Shown in pieces: positions 39,488 through 48,891 of a DNA stretch of 64,000 nucleotides. Every line of letters starts with the position of its first letter. Within the stretch, counting starts at the first letter, position 1. The DNA is from Bacteroidota bacterium (GTDB taxonomy: Bacteria > Bacteroidota > Bacteroidia > Bacteroidales > Porphyromonadaceae): the NCBI GenBank assembly GCA_023389855.1, contig JAEWDZ010000004.1, forward strand, positions 6,894 through 70,893, in the 5' to 3' direction. The notes beneath the pieces are model-generated. The model was not told where the DNA came from and did no database searches. It saw only the letters and a program-made list of their open reading frames with translations. A program made the translations under genes and the position numbers.

Positions 39488-39763
39488 GATTACAAGTTCA
39501 TTAACAATATATTGCTATCCCTCTCTATTATTTTCTTCACGGGCGTATCGATTTTGATTTTATCTCTTTTCTTCTTTGGTCGTTCGTGCTTGTTATGTAA
39601 GGTATGGAAGATAAACGGTAGTATTGCGTTGCACTTGAAATCTTCTAGAATCCGTTTTGCACTCTTATTTAGAGATAATCTAAAATCATGGATTACTGGA
39701 AGTCGTGTGGAAATAAGGCTACTATTTTACAATCGAAAAACAATAGAGAGGTTTTGCAGTTGG

Positions 39764-40678
39764 TTATGCTATATGGTAGCGTACGCAATATTGCTTGAAA
39801 AGTTCGTTTATAATACCGTCAGCGAGTCCTGCTGTAGGTACGGCGATACCGTTTACAGATAAGGAATTAACTACTTCCAAAAAAATTGAGGCTGCTGGTA
39901 CAATGACTTCTGCACGATCACCTTTTAGATTATACTTTCTTATCCGTTCATCGATAGACATATTTGTCATATCATCGTATAGGCGTTGTAAACTATCGGT
40001 AGAAATAAAGTTATCCCTTCCATTCTTTTTTTCTTGTAAACGAACCAATTTATTAATATTTCCCCCAGTGCCTACAATCGCAAAGTCAGAGTATTTATTT
40101 TTGAGAGATAGTAGAGTTTCTTTAAAAGAATCGTACGTCTCTGGTTTAACACAATCCTGTAATATACGTACTGTGCCAATGTTGAATGAGGTCGCTAATA
40201 AATGATTGTTGTTTTCAAAAAGATTCAATTCCGTGCTTCCGCCTCCGACATCTACGAAGAGTTGATGACTGCTAGGATTGTCTTTATTTATACTTTTTAT
40301 TCGTATATCACTAAGTAATCTTGCCTCTTCTTCGCCAGAGATAATTTCTATTTTAATACCAGTCTTATGGTGTACTTTGCGAATGATCCTCTTGTTATTG
40401 CTTACTTTACGCATGGCGCTCGTAGCACATGCGCGATAATCGCTCACCTCGAATATTTTCATTAGATGACGGAAAGCCTTCATTAAGGAGATCATTTTAT
40501 TTACAGTCTCCTTACTAATTTCGCCTTTAGAAAAAGCTTCCGTTCCTAGTCGTAGAGGTACTCGTACAAGTTGTAACTTATTTATCTTTTTTTCGTTACT
40601 AGCGATATCAACCTCTTTTAGTAAAAGACGTATAGCATTTGAGCCTATATCAATAGCTGCAAAGATCTTATTGTTCAT
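39764..40678 (-). CDS. ppx: Exopolyphosphatase Ppx/GppA family
   Basis: AAIDIGSNAIRL, ACATSAMR, ISGEEEARL, VDVGGGSTE; follows ppk1. Confidence 0.93.
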   Translation of the reverse strand: MNNKIFAAIDIGSNAIRLLLKEVDIASNEKKINKLQLVRVPLRLGTEAFSKGEISKETVNKMISLMKAFRHLMKIFEVSDYRACATSAMRKVSNNKRIIRKVHHKTGIKIEIISGEEEARLLSDIRIKSINKDNPSSHQLFVDVGGGSTELNLFENNNHLLATSFNIGTVRILQDCVKPETYDSFKETLLSLKNKYSDFAIVGTGGNINKLVRLQEKKNGRDNFISTDSLQRLYDDMTNMSIDERIRKYNLKGDRAEVIVPAASIFLEVVNSLSVNGIAVPTAGLADGIINELFKQYCVRYHIA

Positions 40679-40687
40679 AGCTCAGGT

Positions 40688-42772
40688 TTATCCTTTCAGA
40701 TTATTTCTTTCATTCTCGATATAATAACTATATAGAGCCTCTTGGCTGTGAAACAATGGTTTCTCGTGCGTGTAACGAAGCGGTATTCTATCATTATAAT
40801 TGACGTAATGTGACTGCGAAGTATCTTTCAAACCATACTCAACGATGGTCATCAATTCTTCCTGTATAGCTGGGTCGTATACGGGTGTCATGACTTCTAT
40901 ACGACGTTTCAGATTGCGCTCCATCCAATCGGCGCTACCTATAAAAAACTTTGGATTTCCTGCATGCGCAAAGATAAGAATTCGTGAGTGCTCTAAAAAA
41001 CGGGCAATGATACCGTGCTGAATGATATGATCACTTGTCCCTTTGACGTCAGGTACTAGCGAACAATTTCCTCTAACCAATAATTCTACTGATACACCAG
41101 CCTGACTTGCTGCATATAGCTTAGCAATAATTTGTTCGTCTGTAATATGGTTTATTTTTACTTTGATGAAAGCCTTCTGACCAGCCTTAGCCGAATTGAT
41201 CTCGAAGTCTATGAGTCGGAGTATCTTCTCCTTCATATTAATCGGAGATACCATCAATTCTCTATAACGGTGGTGTACAAATGGATGTTCGATAAAATTA
41301 AAAACTTTCAGTACTTCGCTGACAATGTTCTTCCTCGCGGTCATTAGCATGTAGTCGGTATATAACTTGGCTGTACCTTCATGCATATTGCCTGTTCCTA
41401 TACAAGCTATATTTCCCCGTGAGGTTCTTATATAACACAGCTTAGCATGTACTTTTAACTCTTCGGGTCCAAAAAGAACGCGGATACCAGCCGCCTCCAT
41501 TTTTTTGCTCCATGCGATGTTTCTTGCTTCATCAAAACGTGCAAATAACTCTATAACAGCTGTAACCTTTTTACCATTTGCAGCTGCAGCTAAAAGAGCT
41601 TTAATCACGTTAGAGTCCTTTGCCACTCGATAGAGGGTGATCTTTATTTCCTTAACATCATCGTTTATGGCTACCTCGCGGAGTAGCGATAAAAAGGGAT
41701 CAAAACGACGATAGGGTACATGTAGCCCGATATCTTTTTGAAATATCTTGTCGATAATGCTTTCTGAAAAATCTTGACATGGGCCCATCAATGGAGGAAG
41801 AGGTGAAAATGTGTACTCGCTGCGCTCGACATCAGGAAATGTCATGAGATCTTTGCTGTTGTGATAACGATTACTTTTAATCAGCGAGTCGTACTTATCG
41901 ATCTCTGCAAAATCTATTAACGCTTTTTCTATATGGTGTGGCATCTCTCTATCAAGAACAATACGAAGCATATCACCACGAGTTCTTTTTTCTAGTCCGT
42001 AGTAGACCCGTTCCATCACACCTATGCCGATGTCTTCTTCTACGTCCATTTCTGCATTTTTAGTAAACTTGAATGCATAAGCATCAAAACTGGCGTATTG
42101 CTTACCGATGAAAATATATGGCATACAGACACGAATGACATCGTCTAAAAACATGATGTATATCTTGCTACCATTATCTTTTAGTCGGATAAAGCGGCCA
42201 AAATTTTCTGTAGGGAGTTGAATCAGAGCTATGTCACTGCTTTTGGAAATTCCTTTCTTATCTTTTTTTCTCAGATCAACAGCAAGATAGAGAGCTTCAT
42301 CCATCTCATCGCTAGAAAATTTTATGCGATCGAGATAGATAGGGTTGATACTTCCATTGAGTTTTTCTAGATAGATGTCTGTCACTTCTTTTCTTTGAGC
42401 AGAGGTGATATTATTTTCATCAACAATGTAGATACCTTCTTGCTCTAGTTCTTTGATGATCTCGTTAAATGCAGTTTCAAATTCCTTAGCATAATCAGCT
42501 ACTATTTCATAAATACGTTGTAAGGTTTGTAAGGCTTTTGTGCGAGTACGTTTAGGGTTCTTCTTATTGATGGCCATTCGCTGTTGTGATGCAACACGGA
42601 CTCTAAAAAACTCATCAATATTGTTCGAGTATATACTCAAAAAGTTAAGGCGCTCTTTCAAGGGGACATCCTTGCGTCGTGCTTCGAGTAAGATGCGATG
42701 GTTGAAATACAACCAACTTTCATCTCTTTCAACTAGAGGTAACGAGGAAAAACGTTCTTTTTGGGGATCCAT
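40688..42772 (-). CDS. ppk1: Polyphosphate kinase 1
   Basis: ERDESWLYFNHRIL, NIDEFFRVRVA, ELFARFDE, LKVHAKL, RFLEHSR, SADWMERNL. Start at ATG 42772. Confidence 0.96.
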   Translation of the reverse strand: MDPQKERFSSLPLVERDESWLYFNHRILLEARRKDVPLKERLNFLSIYSNNIDEFFRVRVASQQRMAINKKNPKRTRTKALQTLQRIYEIVADYAKEFETAFNEIIKELEQEGIYIVDENNITSAQRKEVTDIYLEKLNGSINPIYLDRIKFSSDEMDEALYLAVDLRKKDKKGISKSSDIALIQLPTENFGRFIRLKDNGSKIYIMFLDDVIRVCMPYIFIGKQYASFDAYAFKFTKNAEMDVEEDIGIGVMERVYYGLEKRTRGDMLRIVLDREMPHHIEKALIDFAEIDKYDSLIKSNRYHNSKDLMTFPDVERSEYTFSPLPPLMGPCQDFSESIIDKIFQKDIGLHVPYRRFDPFLSLLREVAINDDVKEIKITLYRVAKDSNVIKALLAAAANGKKVTAVIELFARFDEARNIAWSKKMEAAGIRVLFGPEELKVHAKLCYIRTSRGNIACIGTGNMHEGTAKLYTDYMLMTARKNIVSEVLKVFNFIEHPFVHHRYRELMVSPINMKEKILRLIDFEINSAKAGQKAFIKVKINHITDEQIIAKLYAASQAGVSVELLVRGNCSLVPDVKGTSDHIIQHGIIARFLEHSRILIFAHAGNPKFFIGSADWMERNLKRRIEVMTPVYDPAIQEELMTIVEYGLKDTSQSHYVNYNDRIPLRYTHEKPLFHSQEALYSYYIENERNNLKG

Positions 42773-43030
42773 GTATTCGATCGTATTGGTTACTGCAAAT
42801 ATACTCTTTTTTTGTGAGAACAACCTCTCTACTTTACGTCCTTTTTTATAGTTTGATACTAGGGGTGTTTCTTGCTAGATATTGTTGTTTACATTTTATG
42901 ACCGTGCGCTAAGACTGTAATGATGATAAAAGAATGGACATGACTTATTAACCAGTAAGTTTTTAGTTTTTTTGCTCCTTTTTCATGTATAATGAAGAGT
43001 ATCTTTCTATATTATATCAATAGATTTGTG

Positions 43031-43038
43031 TAACTTTG
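43031..43038 (+). promoter_or_regulatory. -7 box for nspC-ftsY-rimO operon
   Basis: TAACTTTG only 7 nt before the ATG. Confidence 0.55.
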
Positions 43039-43045
43039 CGCTGAA

Positions 43046-44251
43046 ATGAGTATGACTGATTACAGATCACAATATCCTTTTAATTTTCCTTTTTCAGGGC
43101 CCGCCTACGTAGTAGAAGAGAAATTGCTTTTACGTAACATAGACTTGATAAGTCAAGTGGCTCAGCAAACAGACGTAAAGATCCTAATGGCTTTTAAGTC
43201 TTTTGCCTCTTGGCGTCTGTTCCATTTTTTTCGAGAAAAGGCTTTCCATGCCGCTGTAAGCAGCCTCAATGAGGCGCAATTAGCTCTCGAAGAGTTAGAC
43301 TCTTTAGGACATGCTTTCTCGCCATCCTATACGAAAGAAGAATTCGAAGAGTGGCAAAAATTATGCTCACACATTACCTTTAATTCGCTTTCGCAGGCTA
43401 CAGAATTATTACCATACGCTGATCTAAAATCGCATAAATTTGCTCTAAGAATTAATCCTCATTACTCTCCTGTAGAAACGCTATTATATAATCCTGGAGT
43501 GAAGGGAAGCCGTTTTGGAGTCCCCGCAAGCGAGTTGCCCCCGATTCTACCCCAGGGTATTACAGGCTTGCATGTTCATGTCTTATGTGAGAGCAATAGC
43601 TTTCATTTAGAGCATCTGCTCGCGGTATTGGAGAGAGATTTTTCCGATTATCTTAAACAGATCGAATATATCAACTTGGGAGGAGGTCATCTCATTACAT
43701 CGCCCGATTATAATGTAGATCATTTAGTTCAAGTCCTCAAAGCATTTAAGCAAAAACACCCCCATCTGTCTGTTTTCATGGAGCCGGGAAGTGCTTTTAC
43801 ATACCGTACGGGTTACCTGCTTACGCATGTTGTCGATATTGTTGAGCATGCTGATATAAAAACTGCAATTATAGATGCTTCGTTTACTTGTCATATGCCG
43901 GATTGTTTAGAAATGCCCTATCATCCAGTGATCCGTGGTGCGGAATTATGCCCTGAAACAATAGATCGTCCTATTGATTGGTCAAAGGAAAAAATAAATA
44001 CAACCGGTTTCCTTTATAGAATAGGTGGGAATAGTTGCTTGAGTGGTGACTTTATGGGCGCATGGCGTTTCCCAAAAGCATTAAATATCGGTGATCCAAT
44101 TCTTTTTGAGGATATGATTCACTATACCACAGTAAAAACGACTATGTTTAATGGTATTTCACATCCCTCTATAGTACTTCAGCACGTAGACGGTTCTTTC
44201 GAGATGCTACGTCGCTATACATATACCGATTACAAAAATAGAATGTGCTAA
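43046..44251 (+). CDS. nspC: Carboxynorspermidine decarboxylase
   Basis: MAFKSF, LRINP, GSRFG, HVHVLCE, NLGGGHLIT, CHMPDCLEMPY, HYTTVKTTMFNG. Confidence 0.93.
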   Translation: MSMTDYRSQYPFNFPFSGPAYVVEEKLLLRNIDLISQVAQQTDVKILMAFKSFASWRLFHFFREKAFHAAVSSLNEAQLALEELDSLGHAFSPSYTKEEFEEWQKLCSHITFNSLSQATELLPYADLKSHKFALRINPHYSPVETLLYNPGVKGSRFGVPASELPPILPQGITGLHVHVLCESNSFHLEHLLAVLERDFSDYLKQIEYINLGGGHLITSPDYNVDHLVQVLKAFKQKHPHLSVFMEPGSAFTYRTGYLLTHVVDIVEHADIKTAIIDASFTCHMPDCLEMPYHPVIRGAELCPETIDRPIDWSKEKINTTGFLYRIGGNSCLSGDFMGAWRFPKALNIGDPILFEDMIHYTTVKTTMFNGISHPSIVLQHVDGSFEMLRRYTYTDYKNRMC

Positions 44252-44266
44252 TATATTTTTTACGCT

Positions 44267-45220
44267 ATGGCATTATTTGGCTTGTTCAATAAGAAAAAGA
44301 AAGAAACTCTCGATGAAGGTCTTGCTAAGACTAAAGATTCGATGATGAACCGGATATCCCGCTCCATAGCTGGGAAAAGTAAAGTCGATGATCACATATT
44401 AGATGATCTAGAAGACATACTCATTGCTGCGGATGTAGGGGTAGATACTACTTTGAAAATAATAAAAAGAATTGAAGAGCGTGTAGCGCGAGACAAATAC
44501 CTCAATAGCGCCGAACTCAACGGTATATTAAGGGATGAAATAGCAAAACTCCTAGAAGAAAATGGAATCCCTGATGCAGATGCCTTTTCCATTTCGGACA
44601 GAAAAGGACCCTACGTGATAATGGTGGTAGGGGTAAATGGTGTAGGCAAGACTACCACGATAGGCAAACTTGCCTATCGCTTTAAAGAGGCAGGAAATAA
44701 AGTCGTAATAGGTGCAGCAGATACCTTCCGAGCAGCAGCCATTGAGCAGATAGAGGTTTGGGCAAACCGAGTAGGAGTTCCTTTGGTAAAGCAAAAAATG
44801 GGATCTGACCCAGCTAGCGTAGCCTTTGATACCCTTTCTTCTGCAGTAGCGCAAGAAGCTGATGTCGTGATAATTGATACGGCCGGGCGCCTGCACAATA
44901 AAATTGGACTGATGAATGAATTGTCTAAAATAAAGAGAGTAATGCAGAAGGTTGTCCCTGATGCTCCGCAAGAAATTCTTCTTGTTTTAGACGGTTCCAC
45001 AGGCCAAAATGCTTTTGAACAAGCAAAGCAATTTACTGCCGCAACAGATATTAATGCTTTAGCCATTACTAAGTTAGATGGAACCGCTAAGGGAGGAGTC
45101 GTGATAGGTATTTCGGACCAATTCAAAATACCGGTTAAATACATCGGACTAGGAGAAAAAATAGACGATCTTCAGCTATTTCGCAAAGAAGAGTTCGTAA
45201 ACTCTCTTTTTGGTAAATGA
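44267..45220 (+). CDS. ftsY: Signal recognition particle receptor
   Basis: GVNGVGKTTTIGKLA, DTFRAAA, DTAGRLH, TKLDGTAKGG. Confidence 0.97.
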   Translation: MALFGLFNKKKKETLDEGLAKTKDSMMNRISRSIAGKSKVDDHILDDLEDILIAADVGVDTTLKIIKRIEERVARDKYLNSAELNGILRDEIAKLLEENGIPDADAFSISDRKGPYVIMVVGVNGVGKTTTIGKLAYRFKEAGNKVVIGAADTFRAAAIEQIEVWANRVGVPLVKQKMGSDPASVAFDTLSSAVAQEADVVIIDTAGRLHNKIGLMNELSKIKRVMQKVVPDAPQEILLVLDGSTGQNAFEQAKQFTAATDINALAITKLDGTAKGGVVIGISDQFKIPVKYIGLGEKIDDLQLFRKEEFVNSLFGK

Positions 45221-46515
45221 GAAAAGGCGAAGTAAATGTGATTACGTTAGGCTGCTCAAAAAACTTAGTAGATAGTGAGCGTCTAATGAAGTTGTTTGCT
45301 AAGGCTGGATATACTGTCCGTCATGACCCTAAGCGAATCACAGGCGAAATCGTAGTGGTCAATACCTGTGGATTTATAGCTTCGGCACAGGAAGAATCCA
45401 TCAATATGATCTTAGCTCTTATCGATGCAAAAAACAAGGGATACATAAATAAAATATATGTGATGGGATGTCTCGGAGAGCGTTTCCGAGAAGAGCTGAA
45501 AAAGGAACTGAAAGAAGTCGATGAGATCTTTGGCAAATTCGATTGGCAGCAGATTTTGTCTCGGTTGGGTCATGCTCATCAATCAATGCTTGGGGATAGG
45601 TTGATAACATCACCTCATCATTATGCCTACATAAAAATTTCAGAAGGGTGCAACCAAAAGTGTTCTTATTGTGCAATTCCTCTTATAACAGGCAAAATGA
45701 AAAGCCGAGAAATAGGGGATGTTGAGCAAGAAGTGCAGGCTCTGGTTAATAAGGGATACACAGAATTTCAGTTAATCGCTCAAGACCTAACTTCTTATGG
45801 TCTCGATCTTAGTAATAAATCACTTCTGTCTGATTTGCTTCAACGCCTCTCCGATATAAAAGGAGTGAAGTGGTTACGTCTACACTATGCCTATCCTACA
45901 AAATTCCCCTTCGATATTCTTCCCATAATACGAAGCAGAGACAACATATGTAAATATCTCGATATAGCACTTCAGCATAGTAGTGATAAAGTCCTTAGAC
46001 TAATGAGACGAGGAACTACCCGAGCAGAAATGGAAGATTTGATTGCTAGGATACGCGGAGAAGTTCCTGATATTGTATTGCGTACTACCTTCATTGTGGG
46101 TCACCCCGGTGAAACCGACCATGATTTTTCAGATCTATTAGACTTTACCCAAAAGATGCGTTTTGAACGAATGGGAGCTTTTGCTTATTCACACGAAGAA
46201 GGTACCTATTGCTATCGTCACTACAAAGACGAAATACCAGAAACTACGAAACTTGACAGACTTTCCCAATTAATGGATCTTCAAGTTGAAATAGGAGAAG
46301 CGTTCAGTAAACAACTCGTTGGAAAAACAAAGGAAGTGGTCATAGATAAAAAGGAAGGAGATATATTCATAGGACGTACAGAATACGACTCTCCAGAGGT
46401 AGATCCTGAAGTCCTTATTTATCCAGGTCCTAGCAAAAAAATCAAAAAAGGCGGATATTATCCTGTACAGATTGTCGACACGGAGGGTTTTGATCTGATC
46501 GCTGATTTGATTTGA
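45217..46515 (+). CDS. rimO: Ribosomal protein S12 methylthiotransferase
   Basis: LGCSKNLVDSE, NTCGFI, KISEGCNQKCSYCAIP, RLHYAYP, DSPEVD. Confidence 0.95.
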   Translation: MRKGEVNVITLGCSKNLVDSERLMKLFAKAGYTVRHDPKRITGEIVVVNTCGFIASAQEESINMILALIDAKNKGYINKIYVMGCLGERFREELKKELKEVDEIFGKFDWQQILSRLGHAHQSMLGDRLITSPHHYAYIKISEGCNQKCSYCAIPLITGKMKSREIGDVEQEVQALVNKGYTEFQLIAQDLTSYGLDLSNKSLLSDLLQRLSDIKGVKWLRLHYAYPTKFPFDILPIIRSRDNICKYLDIALQHSSDKVLRLMRRGTTRAEMEDLIARIRGEVPDIVLRTTFIVGHPGETDHDFSDLLDFTQKMRFERMGAFAYSHEEGTYCYRHYKDEIPETTKLDRLSQLMDLQVEIGEAFSKQLVGKTKEVVIDKKEGDIFIGRTEYDSPEVDPEVLIYPGPSKKIKKGGYYPVQIVDTEGFDLIADLI

Positions 46516-46545
46516 TGCCGATGTGGAAAAGGAGAAGATTAAGCT

Positions 46546-47784
46546 ATGAATTACAGCCAGTTTAATGCAATATTAGCAAAAAAAACAGCTTTGAAAGATC
46601 AAACTGTGGATGATATTGTAAACTGTTTTTCCTCCCTTGCCATAAGACGTTTACTTATTGGTGAATCAGTTGTGATACCCTCTATAGGAGAGATATACAC
46701 TTACATAGAAAAAGAGTATATCGCGGTACTGCCCGATGGACGTAGATTAATTGTCCCCCCTCAAGTTCGCTTTGCATTGAGAAACTATAAGAAGGAAGAT
46801 TTTGGACTACCGGCTCTTCTACTGTTTGAAAGCGATCTTTTTACACATGATGCGTTGGATGTTTTTCTTCTTCAGATTAGTGAACAAACTCAATATTTCA
46901 TACACCTATCAGAAGAAGTAGAATGGAAAGGAATAGGTTTCTTTTCTATAAAAGATAAACTGATTTCTTTTCGTCCTGATCCGTTGCTTGTAGAAGAGAT
47001 TAATCGTCCTTTTAATTGTTTTGAGATTACCCCCTTGAGTGATGGCAAAAGTTTTCCTCAGCTACGGGAAATCCTCGTGACCGGCGAGAATCAATTGCTC
47101 TTCCATCCTATTGTCCATCTTAAAGAAGAACTACCTGTGGCCTTGGATGAGAATTTTCCCACCACGTTGTTGCCAGAAAATCCGGATAATATTGTGCCTG
47201 ATCTTCCTCCGAATGATACTGCACCACTTACCGGTGATGCCAGAGTTAACCCTGCTCAAGTTACACCACCGCATGGACGAGAAATCTCTGAATCCTATCC
47301 GAAGCAAAATCGCCGTTCACGCAGGTTTGTTTTTCCTCTGCTGTTCCTCTCTTTTTTCTTTTTACTCTTAGGTGTCTTTTTTTACTTTCATCATCAACGC
47401 GAAAGAAAAGAATACGCAAGAGCACTTACTGCTGATCCAATACAGAAAGAGCAAGAAGAAAAGGTGTTTTCATCCGAAGAAATACCTGAGAAAAAAGACA
47501 CAATTACTGCTTCCACACCGATTGTTACCGAACGTTTTGTTGAAATGCGGCCCAATGAAACGATGACACAATTGGCTTTACGAGAATACGGTTATAAAGC
47601 TTTCTGGGTTTATATTTATGAGGCGAATAAATCGATCATTAAAAACCCCGATCGAGTACCTCCAGGAACACGATTGCGAATTCCTGATCCAGCAGAATAT
47701 GCTATCAATAAAAACAGTGCTGAATCACGAAGAAAAGCCGATAGTATTCAGCGGGCTTATAACTTGAGCAAAGGACGAATTTAG
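46546..47784 (+). CDS. Membrane-anchored protein with degenerate HU-like N-terminus and C-terminal LysM domain
   Basis: GESVVIPSIG and VEWKGIGFF...FRPDPLLVEEINRPF HU-like segments; Pro-rich linker; one TM; LALREYGYKAFWVYIYEANKSIIKNPDRVPPGTRLRIP. Confidence 0.75.
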   Translation: MNYSQFNAILAKKTALKDQTVDDIVNCFSSLAIRRLLIGESVVIPSIGEIYTYIEKEYIAVLPDGRRLIVPPQVRFALRNYKKEDFGLPALLLFESDLFTHDALDVFLLQISEQTQYFIHLSEEVEWKGIGFFSIKDKLISFRPDPLLVEEINRPFNCFEITPLSDGKSFPQLREILVTGENQLLFHPIVHLKEELPVALDENFPTTLLPENPDNIVPDLPPNDTAPLTGDARVNPAQVTPPHGREISESYPKQNRRSRRFVFPLLFLSFFFLLLGVFFYFHHQRERKEYARALTADPIQKEQEEKVFSSEEIPEKKDTITASTPIVTERFVEMRPNETMTQLALREYGYKAFWVYIYEANKSIIKNPDRVPPGTRLRIPDPAEYAINKNSAESRRKADSIQRAYNLSKGRI

Positions 47785-47799
47785 ATAGTATGTATAAGT

Positions 47800-47834
47800 A
47801 AGGCAGTAAAGGAATTTATCTTTACTGCCTTTTT
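47800..47834 (+). terminator. Rho-independent terminator
   Basis: AAGGCAGTAAAG / CTTTACTGCCTT followed by Ts. Confidence 0.85.
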
Positions 47835-47917
47835 CCTTTCTGCATCTATTATTAAAAGAAATACTCCAATTCTAGGCAATCTGTGTGTGGAGGGTATTTG
47901 TCACTATTATAGCAGCA

Positions 47918-48889
47918 TTAGAGAAAGTATTCTTCATCAGAAAAAACTGTTCCATTCAGAAAATCTTTAATCTCCAAAGGTTTTTTACCAGGAGCTTGTA
48001 TCTTTAAGATCTGGAGCAATTCCCCATCTTTGCATGCAATACTCATCTGTTTTTTCCCATCGATAAATATTCTGCCTGGACGTACGGTCGGAGGTACTTT
48101 ATTTGTAGAAGGAACAGATTTCAGTATTTTATAGATCTTTTTGTCGCTCTTATTGGAAATAAGAGTACTCCAAGCTGTTGGGTGGGGTGAAAGACCTCTG
48201 ACAAAGTTGTGAATAACTTCAGCTGGCTGATTCCAATCAATTTGTGTGTTTTCTCTAGTCAGTTTGCTAGCATAAGGTTCCTCTGTTTGAAGAATTTGTT
48301 GGGTTGTTGTAGTATTGCGGTCTAACAGGTCAGGCAATTTTCCCATAAGGAGCCTTCTTCCGATAAGAGCTAATTTATCGTGCAGTTCGCCAAAAGTGTC
48401 ATCGCTATTAATCGATACCTCTTCTATTCCGACAATATCGCCTGCATCAAGTTCTTGTCTCAATTTAAAGAGCGTTACGCCAGTCTTCTTATCACCTGCT
48501 ATCAGTGCATGATTGATAGGGGCAGCTCCTCGCCACCGCGGGAGTAACGAGCCATGAATGTTGTAAGTGCCTAACTCAGGAAGGTCCCATACAGATTCTG
48601 GTAACATACGAAAAGCAATTACAATACCAATATAAGGATGAATTTCATTGAGTTGTTCAATAAAAGAACTCTCTGAAAGACGCTCTGGCTGTAAAATCGA
48701 AAGTCCCAATTCTTGGGCTTTTGTTTTTATAGGTGAGGGAGTCAATTTACGACCTCTACCCGCAGGTTTGTCAGGAGTTGTTACCACGCAAGCAACGTTG
48801 TATCCTTCTCTTACTAAATCTTCGAGAAAACCTACAGCAAAATCAGCTGTAGCCATAAACAAAATAGTTTTTTTCTTGATGTCTTGCAT
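47918..48889 (-). CDS. fmt: Methionyl-tRNA formyltransferase
   Basis: VVTTPDKPAGRG, NIHGSLLPRWRGAAPI, VRGLSPHP. Confidence 0.95.
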   Translation of the reverse strand: MQDIKKKTILFMATADFAVGFLEDLVREGYNVACVVTTPDKPAGRGRKLTPSPIKTKAQELGLSILQPERLSESSFIEQLNEIHPYIGIVIAFRMLPESVWDLPELGTYNIHGSLLPRWRGAAPINHALIAGDKKTGVTLFKLRQELDAGDIVGIEEVSINSDDTFGELHDKLALIGRRLLMGKLPDLLDRNTTTTQQILQTEEPYASKLTRENTQIDWNQPAEVIHNFVRGLSPHPTAWSTLISNKSDKKIYKILKSVPSTNKVPPTVRPGRIFIDGKKQMSIACKDGELLQILKIQAPGKKPLEIKDFLNGTVFSDEEYFL

Positions 48890-48891
48890 AA

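Noticed and set aside
39512..39862. 116-aa plus-strand ORF after the TBDR operon
   Set aside because: TTG start, lies after a strong terminator, overlaps ppx antisense, and has no recognisable motif.
44392..45144. Antisense and alternate-frame ORFs inside conserved genes (e.g. 44674-45144, 31442-31918, 39795-40205, 61583-61906)
   Set aside because: Shadow ORFs of well-supported genes, with no independent motifs.
5129..47784. Separation of rpmB-rpmG-DUF4295 from ftsY-rimO, which are adjacent in Bacteroides
   Set aside because: As I recall, the nspC-ftsY linkage is the normal Porphyromonas arrangement; no mobile-element scars were seen.
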